Shown: positions 50,401 through 62,400 of the stretch, in pieces
Position numbering within the stretch: position 1 is the first letter of the stretch
Layout of the letters: every line of letters starts with the position of its first letter
NCBI RefSeq assembly: GCF_036588685.1
Contig: NC_086382.1
Coordinates: forward strand, 59,520,001 to 59,584,000
DNA from: Mytilus trossulus
Lineage: Eukaryota
Reading direction: 5' to 3'
Length of the DNA stretch: 64,000 nucleotides
Translations under genes and position numbers: made by a program
The notes under the pieces: generated by a model
Seen by the model: the letters and a program-made list of their open reading frames with translations, nothing else
What the model was told of the DNA's origin: nothing
The model's database searches: none

Positions 50401-53400
50401 CAGTTTTCTTTGTAATAGTGCAAAAATTCTGCAGATGTTGAGATTACGTTTTTTTGGGGTTGTTCTAATTTAAAAAAAAAAGTCTATTCGTTCATTAACA
50501 TAAGTATCAGCTATCTATGAATAGCATCAATTTCTTATAAAATCAAGACTATAGGGATTTCTGTTCTTGCTAAATTGTGTGAACTCATTTGTTCATCATA
50601 CCAACTTTCAAGTAAACGGCAAGATGAAGAACAGCCATGTAAGTACTGTCCCTTTCATATTCTTGTTATTCTTAGGGATTTTCTTATATGCAAACACCTT
50701 ATATCCATTTTTACACAACAGTTTCTTCAATAAAATATTTTCAATGCAGATATATACTATTTTTTTAGGCTCAGATACCTTAAAATATAAAGTATGTAGA
50801 CTCACAGAACTTTATTAATACACTTACCATTAACAGCCAATGAGATGAAACAATAATTTTCTTTTGGTCCCTTGCAACTCTGAACTCTTTAGTGGTATCA
50901 TTTGCTCTAGTGCTCTGAAAGCAAATATAAAAATACATTATTTTTGATGCTGAGCCCTTACATGGCATTAAAGACAGAGAATTTTCAATTTACTCTTCTA
51001 TATTAAGGGATTTCTTTATGTGATGTCTAACTTTGCCAATGAATCACAAAAGTATATCCAACTTTTAATAAACTACTTCAGCAATGTTGGCTTCCGGTTG
51101 TTTTTGGGAAGTCTTCTTTGTGTTATCACCACATTTATACATTTTTAACCTTTAAAGCTTAAGACTACTAGTTTACCTTTTCACAGTCAATATAAGGGCT
51201 AGATGATAGTTACCCTCCAAAGATATCTATTATCTCTTTGGAAATCTGCACTTTGGCAACAGCCATCATAATAGCAAACCTTTAATCAATTAAGCATTTT
51301 CTATTTCTAGTGTTGCTCTCAATATCTTAGTAATTTATATTTCATTCAGGATATACTCAGGTGAGGTTTTGGAAATTTGTGTCAGAACTTTTCGGACTGC
51401 TTGGTTTTTACCAACAATACAGGGAAAAACATTTTGCCCCATAACACCCACATTTCTTTTCATAAAAGACTTCAAAAGCTCATAAAAGGTCATTTTCTAA
51501 AATTTAAGCAGACTCTTGATTTCTTTTCTTTCAATCTGAGACCAAAATAAATGCTTTGCAAATGTAGGGTAAAAGTCTGAGTCAACCTTAAGACAAAATA
51601 TCTAAACCACTGACAGTCTTCCTTACCTGGAATATAAAATGTGTACATGATTCATCATAGGCCCATCTATAATCTCCTCCCAGTAATGATACCATATTGT
51701 TGTACTCTGCCTGGTGGGAACTCAGCTTCTTACTCACTGCTATCACTACTCCCTTCAATGGTCCGGCCTCTTGTTGCTGTAGAAAAAACAAGAATGTGTC
51801 CACAGTACACGGATGCCCCACTTGCACTATCCTTTTCTATGTTTAGTGGACCGTGAAATTGGAATAAATTCTCTAATTTGGCATTAAAATTAGAATGATC
51901 TTATCAAAGGGAACATGTAAACTAAGTTTCAAGTTGATTGGACTTCAACTTCATCAAAAACTACCTTGACCAAAAACTTTAACCTGAAGTGTAACAGACG
52001 GATTGAATGAATGGGTGAAAGGACTCACAGACCAGAAAACATAATGCCCCTCTACTATCATAGGTGGGGTAAAAAGATAAGAATATGAATTGAAGTTTTT
52101 AAATACGAGATCTCAATTCAGTCAACTTTGACATTAAATCTGATCAATTGAATACATATATCCTTCTTTTAAAAAAAACTAATTGTATACATTAAAAATT
52201 TGTAAGGGTTCCGCGGAACCCAGTGTCTCGCCTACTTTTGCTGTAAATTGTGGGCTCAACAACAATGAGGAAAAAAATCAATAAAAATTCTCTTGATACC
52301 ATCTTATGATTGTAAGAAGCTTATGTCTAAGTTTGGTAAAAATCTAGGAAAGTTAATAAATCTAATGAATGTTTTGAAAACTTTAACTGCAAACTGTATG
52401 TAATGTTAACTTAAAGAAAATCTAAGTCCATTTAAAAATAAAATACAGAAAAAATGGAGTTATCTTTTTACAAAATTTACTTCTGGATACTATTTTATGA
52501 TCATAAATAAGCTTCTGTCCAAGTTTGGTACACACCCAGGATAGTTTAAGAAAGTTATTAAAATTTTTAAAACTTTAACCACAGATTGAATGTAATGTTT
52601 CCCCGCAGAAAAACTAAGTCTATTTAAAAGTAAAATACAGAAAAAATGGAGTTATCTTTTTACAAAATTTACTTCTGGATACTATTTTATGATCATAAAT
52701 AAGCTTCTGTCCAAATTTGGTACACACCCAGGATAGTTTAAGAAAGTTATTAAAATTTTTAAAACTTTAACCACAGATTGAATGTAATGTTTCCCTGCAG
52801 AAAAACTAAGTCCATTTAAAAGTAAAATACGGAAAAAACAGATTTATATTTTTACAAAATTTACTTCTGGATACTATCTTATGATCATAAACAAGCTTCT
52901 GTCCAAGTTTGGTACAAACCCAGGATAGTTAAAGAAAGTTATAAAAATTCTAAAAACTTTAACCTTAGAGTGAATGTTATGTTTCCCCGCAGAAAAAACT
53001 AAGTCTATTTATAAGTAAAATACGGAAAAAATGGAATTTTATTTTTACAAAATTTACTTCTGGATACTATCTTATGATCATGAACAAGCTTCTATCCAAG
53101 TTTGGAAGAAATCCAGTATAGTTTAAGAAAGTTATTAAAATTTCAAAAACTTTAACCACAGAGTGAATATTTGTTGACGCCGCCGCCGACGGAATGTAGG
53201 ATCGCTTAGTCTCGCTTTTTCGACTAAAGTCGAAGGCTCGACAAAAACCATAACAAATAAATGAATGCTGTCCAAATGAGCTTGATTTAAACTGATAAAT
53301 TAATTATTAACAATTCTGTCAGTTTCATTAAATTACACTGCTTATAATCAAATACTGCCTCAATAAATACACTTTTAACACAATGTTATGAATATTAGGT

Positions 53401-56400
53401 ATTCTTGAGTTGTAAAAGCAACCCACAAAACACTATACAACCAAATGAAACATAGATTTCCAAATGTGGTGTGCAATGATAGATATGTATCCATATATCA
53501 TATGTTGATGTATATATATATAAGTTTCAATTATGTTGCTACTTCCCTTTGATAATGTATACAGGACATTTCATCTCTTCAAATGTGCAATATTGTCTTT
53601 TATAAAGTTAAAAATTTTCAGTACTTAAATGTGTTTATAACAATTGAGTACTCTACCACTGTTCAGATTAACATTAACAGAAACAGAACTGACTAACTTA
53701 GTAAAAATATATATAAACTTACAGAGAGTCCATCCATACCAGAGCCATCTACTTCATCTGAACCCCTTGTAGCAGTTGTAGCTCCCTCAGATATTTCTAC
53801 TGCTCTCTGTAACTTGATGGTGAAAAGTTCCTCTAAGGGCTGAAAATTGTTTATATGGTTAAGAAAAAAGCAATTTATGTTTGAGCATCATCTGCTCATT
53901 TAAAAAAATAACATAATAAGTAGTAATTGAAGCTACAGATTTTTTTTATTAAAATGTCAAAAAAATTAGGAGAACATAAAATATCATACTGATTTATCTC
54001 AGACGTTGAAACACACTATATCATTGATTGTGCAAATTAGTTTTGTTAATTTATTGTAAATTGATTATTTTCAGTTTGCATCATTCTACATTACCTGGCT
54101 TTGTCTTCTTTTGGCATTTCTGGCTTTTTCTGCTGGTGGAGTCTCTAAACACTTCCAAACATCCTGAAATAATTCCATTAATTACTTTTTTCTATAATGT
54201 TTAACTAAATTATAGAATAACTATTGCATAAAATCAGTGGTGAAAAATCATGATTTTATGTTAACAAATGTTTATATTTGAGAGGGCAATCACAGAATTT
54301 CATTGCAAAATATGTGATAATGATTTGTGGCACAGACTCTAAGTTTAAATTCCAAAGAATATTTATTAACTCCTCTATCCTATATCTCTAAAAACTCATC
54401 AAAGGGGAGACATAAGATAACAATGATATAAAGATTTGCCTAAATTATCAAGTAATCTCCCTAATGTTTAAGCTATAAATACATTTACATCTAATTTGGC
54501 ATAGTCATAGTTTAATATTTACTGTATGTAGTAGCTTTCATAGAAGCTGTATCAGGGACACATCTTGTTTCCTTAATAAATAATAACCAAGTTTAATCAA
54601 AAAAGTTTGTACATAGTTATGCAATGAACTTTTCTATCTAAATATACCTCCCAGTTTATGAAGGATTAAATTTTTTTGTTATAATATTTTGTTTTTGAAT
54701 GATACATTCAAACAAACATAAGCAGTTTCTGAAAACAAAAGAACAAGAAAATATATTTCATGTCTCAGGGCTATATGGGGAATGATGAAAAATATAACCA
54801 TTTACCGTGAGATCCCATTTTGGTCTGAATTCTTTTGTGGGATCCAGGAATCTCCCAGGTGAAGGAGAACTGATGCTGGCTCTTTTAGAAGAATTCTTTG
54901 GTGTGGTCTCAAAATCATCATTTTGTAAGGCCTGAAATATAAAGTAAACACCCTTTTTATGTATCAATGTCACATAGAATATAATTACTATATATAACAT
55001 CCACCAATGACACTATTTTATCTATCAGATCAAAAGGATCTAGATGAGCAAAATGGAATACTATATGCATTTGGCAAACTTGAAATAAATAAATACACAT
55101 TTCACAACTATATTAAAGATTACATATATATCAGAAAATAATACCTTAATATGCGAGCAGATTAAATTTAGTATCAAATGGTTATGCTCACTTAGGTGAA
55201 GCTCTGTATAAAATCACAAGACAAATAGTTAGTGTAACTAGGCCCAAACATCCAGCTGTAAATCTTATTCAATCATACAATGCATACCTTTACTCTCTGA
55301 TTTACAACTTTTGGTTGAACAGGAATAGGTTCTTTTTTCTGATGTACATTTTCTTTCTGACTTTCTTGAAAAGGTTTAGGATTATTTGTTGAGGTTGTAT
55401 CTAAATTTTCTTCATCTCTAATATTCTCTTTACTCTTGTCAGCAGGTAATGCACCGTCTATTGTCATCTCAGAATTAAAACCTTCCATGGCCTCCATTGT
55501 TTCCATGCCAACAGAAAGATTACCACTTCCACGTTTAGAAATGTCTTTTTGGTTAGAATTTGTCATAGAATCACGCTTTGAGTTATTTGCTTGGACCCCT
55601 TGTTCATAATTGTCAATTTTTATGGCTTTGTTATCTCCCTTCATTGAGATATCTTGTTTAAGAGATTCATTTCTATCATTCAAAACTGCAGTTGTAGCAG
55701 TTTTACTCAGTTCTGATTCATTCTCCTCCATAACATTTTGTTGGTTATCAATAAGATACTTTTCTAAAGGCTCTGGTTTTCCAGATTTGGCACATGCTAA
55801 AATCCACCTAAAATATTCAATTGAAGATAAGAACAAGCTTCTAGACTAACAAAAGGTTGATTATTAAATAATTGAAATATATCTCAAATGTAAATGAATT
55901 AGTTAAAATTTTAATGTTTCTTACAGCTAATATAATCCTTCTGTCAAATGTTCAAAATGACAAAAGTCACTAGCTGTAAATAAATATCAAAGGTACCAGG
56001 ATTATAATTTAGTAAACCAGACTCCCGTGTCGTCTACATAAGACTCATCAGTGACGCTCAAATCAAAATATTTATAAAGTCAAACAAATACATCACATTT
56101 TGATAAAAGTACATCTAAATGATCGCTTAAAAATATTATTTTAAAATCTCTTACAAAACCCTTCTTTTCAATATGTATTACTGTATTAGTTTCATGTTGT
56201 TTTACAAGTTGAACATACGTTTTAGATAATGCTGGTATCCCCCAGTTTTTAGCAGCAGTGTACTTTTGACCAGAAGCCTCCTTGGTTATCAAATGAGTTG
56301 TAGGCAAAAGCCCTTTTTTGGCATTTCTCACAAAATATTCCTGTGTTCTGTAAGAAAAATAATACTACACTTAACAGATCAAATAAAAAAAATAAAAATA

Positions 56401-59400
56401 TAAACACATATATATTTTATATAAATTGATGATGACTGATATGGGATGATTAACATACTCTTGGAAATATGATATGCATATAAGGACAAGAAAATGTTTA
56501 TGTGATGTTAATTTGAACCTTCTTTTGAAAAAGACTGTTTTTTAAAAGAAAAATTTAATTTATTTAAAACGAACTTAAGTGTTATCTAGATATTTTGTAT
56601 TCACACAGAAAGGTCTTGTCTGCTTTAAAGATTATAATAGAATTTTGTGTTGGTAAAATTTTGTTATTTGTAAAGTACATCTTAAAACCACACAATTGCA
56701 TTTGATAGAGCTGCTTGAATAGGAAAATATATATCTTAATCTCCAATACCCAACTTTGGTAGCAGTTGAGATGAAAGTTGTTATTTGTATCCAATAAATA
56801 TAAACATTGATGTCTGCCTATCCTAGTTAGTAAAGAATAATCTTTTGACAGATGGGTTGTTAGTTTAAGGTGGTACCAAACAGCATGATTAAAATGCACC
56901 ATGAACTTGAACCATACTTTATCTGGAAAAACGTTTTTGAATATCAAGAAGTTTGACAAACACTAATTTTAATCAACGAGAAGCTTTGAGAAGTCATTAA
57001 CAATAAAACATGATTACATAATTTAGCTGGTTTTAACAGAGTTATCTCCCTGTAGTGAAATGTATCATCTTAAACCAAAAATCTTTTTCCTCTATAATAA
57101 TGAACTTACTGAGCACCTATACACTGGGCAATATGCATCAGACATTCTTTTTCTGTTCCAAACCAACCACTGTAACAAAATATAAATATCTATTTGTTGC
57201 AGAAGTATATATTTCTGAATTTGTATGTCAAAATATATATGATTGTCATACATATTTTTTTCACCGCAGTAAAATCGCATTTAAGTCTAAAATATCAAAA
57301 TCGCAATATCAAATGTACGCAATAATTTCTGAATTTACAGTATTTACACCTTTGGAAAGTTTTGTTGATACTTATCTAAATTCTGTATCCTTGTTGACAA
57401 TAGACAGGAATATAGATATGTGATACTAGTCATAGTACACACAAACTGATGACACAAAGTTGACAATGTACAGTGTGTGTAATAGAATAATACTCAACTA
57501 CTTACTTTTAATTGATTTATAAAATACCTATGATTTTTATCTTACAGCATCATAAAAAGTGTTTTTTAGAATTCAGTTAGAAGCTTTAAGTTATTTTTCA
57601 TACTTCTTGTTAAATAATAATTGTCTTTATATGTCCTGTATGAACTAATGATCAATCAGTTTCATTAACACGTTCCAATCCCTACTGACTCACCTGAATG
57701 ATAAAATACAGTCCACCAGTGGATTGTCTTCAATATTGATATCCACGGGAGAAAATAGTGGATTACTACTCACTGGTAAAAGTGTGTCAGATTCTGCACA
57801 CATTTGCTGTAATCAATAAATATATTTCAAATATATGTTTTCAGTTCAAAGCTTTAGAAATATATATTTTTTTAAATCAAAATTTCTCTGTTTAGAATCT
57901 CTTAACTGCAGATCTGTTTACCAAATTTGAAAATACAAAAACCATAAATAATAGCCAAATAGCATTAATTTCAATGACACAGAAATATTTTAATAAACAA
58001 GCCATTTTTTTATGGTTTAAAACTAAAATTGGTTTGATAGATTCTCATTAATTTGACTTTTTAAACAGAGACTATAATCAGATTCAGATAATCTTCAATT
58101 TCAGTTTAAAGCTTGCTCAGCTTAATTGAGTATCAAGAATTTTCTTTCTTCTTTGTATTTTTTAAAATTAATATTTATTTCTAAATGTGATCTTATTTCA
58201 AAATTCAGTTTTTAATATCACAAGCATAATAACCTTTCTCAGTCATGTTTGTTATCTCCCCTTAATTTGAAAAGAATGGAGGAAAAAAAACTTTTCTAAA
58301 ACTAATATGTATAAATATTTCCAGCAATAATAGCTTCTACTGTATATTCACAGAATCTTTTAATAAGAAGTTTGTTCATTTAAAAACCCTTTACACACTT
58401 TCTTTAGTAATGGAAAATATTAATATCTTTGGCATCTGAACAGTACTCAGAAATTTCACTTCTTTTGTCCTTCAACAACTGTTTTATGACTGGATTAAAT
58501 CCTGTAATTTTTCAAAAAGTATGTTATAACATTGAATACAAACCAGCCAAGTACTGGTTGCTATTTCTCCAACTGTTTTGTCCACAGGAAATCCATCTAC
58601 AGGAACAACACCATAATCTGGTACCAGTCTAGTGTTACCCTGATAAACTTTTCCTGAAAATTTAAAGATCATTGTAGCAGCAATTTTAAATTGTTAAATA
58701 GTAACCACAAGAAATTATCTTTATCATTAACAAAATGTACAATTTCGGTAAAACAACAAAAAATCAGGACCAAAACAAAAATAAAGGAAAATTTTTACCA
58801 CTCATACATTTGCTGCAGAAATAAGAAAGTGTTTAAGAATTCTAAATTAAAACAAACCTCCTTCCTCATTTACAAATTCTGTTAATGGTGTATGCTGCTC
58901 TTCCTCAAATCCAAAAAACATAAATGATTTTCCTGTAAACACCTTTTTCTGTATCTGACTGTCACCTAAAATTACGTATCAAAAAATATTATTTCTTGGG
59001 TAAATTATATTTAGCTATAAATATTAGAATTTTATACAAAATTTTGGTAAATCATTGAAAAAATATATTTCTTTTGAACTTTCATACACTTATATGCCAT
59101 TTTTTGAAAAACTCTGAAAGTTTGGAGACCTATATCAATCTGTGTTTTACATGTTTTCATGCATGCTCAGTCGATGTGAAAACTGTTTCAACACTTGCCC
59201 AACTGCACAGGCATCTTCTAGTTAATATAAAACTGTGCATACATAATTTAGAAAAAAGATTATCAGAACAATCATTTTGTTAAGATATAAATTTTGCAGC
59301 CTTTTGTGTAATAAGGAGTCAACTAGGATACAATTTACTGCAAAAAATTCTACTTCACAATGACTGACTTTTAAAAGTAATATAACACAACTAACAAATT

Positions 59401-62400
59401 ATACAAACTTACCATCAGGATTTTGAGTCATTTCATCTGCCTCTGTTTCTACAGGTCTTTGTTCTATAGCTGTAGGTTTATCTTCATCTTTCATGGTTTT
59501 ATCCTGTGTATTATCTAAAATGTATGATTTAAAAATTAATCAGTATTTAACATTTTAAAAATCATCACAAAAGCATGATATACAATGGGAAGCAATGCTT
59601 ACAGCCTTTATTCTAATCTAACCTGAAAATTCTTGAGTATTCATAAATATCATACTGATTCGACATCTGCTAAATTCAAATAAATAAGGGTCAAAATTAT
59701 CAACATCAGTTTATTTATTATGATGTCAGTGATATGTCTGGGTCAAAGTTATAAAGGCTGGGTCAAACTATTTGACGTCACAAAGGCATGATATGTAATT
59801 TTGTCAAGCGCTGAGTAGATTGATACAGACAATAGGACAACATATAATTATTTATACCGTAACATCTTTTGGCTGTACAATAGGACAACATATAATTATT
59901 TATACCGTACCATCTTTTGGCTGTACAATAGGACAGCATATAATTATTTATACCTTACCATCTTTTGGCTGTACAATAGGACAACATATAATTATTTATA
60001 CCGTACCATCTTTTGGCTGTACAATAGGACAACATATAATTATTTATACCGTACCATCTTTTGGCTGTACAATAGGACAACATATAATTATTTATACCGT
60101 ACCATCTTTTGGCTGTACAATAGGACAACATATAATTATTTATACCGTACCATCTTTTGGCTGTACAATAGGACAACATATAATTATTTATACCGTACCT
60201 TCTTTTGGCGGTACAATAGGACAACATATAATTATTTATACCGTACCATCTTTTGGCGGTACAATAGGACAACATATAATTATTTATACCGTACCATCTT
60301 TTGGCTGTACAATAGGACAACATATAATTATTTATACTGTACCTTCTTTTGGCGGTACAATAGGACAACATATAATTATTTATACCGTACCATCTTTTGG
60401 CGGTACAATAGGACAACATATAATTATTTATACCGTACCATCTTTTGGCTGTACAATAGGACAACATATAATTATTTATACCGTACCATCTTTTGGCTGT
60501 ACAATAGGACAACATATAATTATCTACACCGTACCATCTTTTGGCTGTACAATAGGACAACATATAATTATCTACACCGTACCTTCTTTTGGCGGTACAA
60601 TAGGACAACATATAATTATTTATACCGTACCATCTTTTGGCGGTACAATAGGACAACATATAATTATTTATACCGTACCATCTTTTGGCTGTACAATAGG
60701 ACAACATATAATTATTTATACCGTAACATCTTTTGGCTGTACAATAGGACAACATATAATTATTTATACCGTACCATCTTTTGGCTGTACAATAGGACAA
60801 CATATAATTATTTATTCCGTACCTTCTTTTGGCGGTACAATAGGACAACATATAATTATTTATACCGTACCTTCTTTTGGCGGTACAATAGGACAACATA
60901 TAATTATTTATACCGTACCATCTTTTGGCTGTACAATAGGACAACATATAATTATTTATACCGTACCATCTTTTGGCTGTACAATAGGATAACATATAAT
61001 TATTTATACCGTACCTTCTTTTGGCGGTACAATAGGACAACATATAATTATTTATACCTTACCATCTTTTGGCTGTACAATAGGACAACATATAATTATT
61101 TATACCATACCATCTTTTGGCTGTACAATAGGACAACATATAATTATTTATACCGTACCTTCTTTTGGCGGTACAATAGGACAACATATAATTATTTATA
61201 CCTTACCATCTTTTGGCTGTACAATAGGACAACATATAATTATTTATACCGTACCATCTTTTGGCTGTACAATAGGACAACATATAATTATTTATACCGT
61301 ACCATCTTTTGGCTGTACAATAGGATAACATATAATTATTTATACCGTACCTTCTTTTGGCGGTACAATAGGACAACATATAATTATTTATACCTTACCA
61401 TCTTTTGGCTGTACAATAGGACAACATATAATTATTTATACCTTACCATCTTTTGGCTGTACAATAGGACAACATATAATTATTTATACCTTACCATCTT
61501 TTGGCTGTACAATAGGACAACATATAATTATTTATACCTTACCATCTTTTGGCTGTACAATAGGACAACATATAATTATTTATACCGTACCTTCTTTTGG
61601 CGGTACAATAGGACAACATATAATTATTTATACCTTACCATCTTTTGGCTGTACAATAGGACAACATATAATTATTTATACCGTACCATCTTTTGGCGGT
61701 ACAATAGGATAACATATAATTATTTATACCGTACCATCTTTTGGCTGTACAATAGGACAACATATAATTATTTATACCGTACCATCTTTTGGCTGTACAA
61801 TAGGACAACATATAATTATTTATACCGTACCTTCTTTTGGCTGTACAATAGGACAACATATAATTATTTATACCGTAACATCTTTTGGCTGTACAATAGG
61901 ACAACATATAATTATTTATTCCGTACCTTCTTTTGGCGGTACAATAGGACAACATATAATTATTTATACCGTACCTTCTTTTGGCGGTACAATAGGACAA
62001 CATATAATTATTTATACCGTACCTTCTTTTGGCGGTACAATAGGACAACATATAATTATTTATACCTTACCATCTTTTGGCTGTACAATAGGACAACATA
62101 TAATTATTTATACCGTACCATCTTTTGGCTGTACAATAGGACAACATATAATTATTTATACCGTACCATCTTTTGGCGGTACAATAGGACAACATATAAT
62201 TATTTATACCTTACCATCTTTTGGCTGTACAATAGGACAGCATATAATTATCTACACTGTACCATCTTTTGGCTGTACAATAGGACAACATATAATTATC
62301 TACACTGTACCATCTTTTGGCTGTACAATAGGACAACATATAATTATCTACACTGTACCATCTTTTGGCTGTACAATAGGACAGCATATAATTATCTACA

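Noticed and set aside
59820-62051. 390, 362 and 138 aa repetitive ORFs
   Set aside because: They are by-products of a 48 bp (16-codon) intronic minisatellite, open on both strands, with no sign of being genes.
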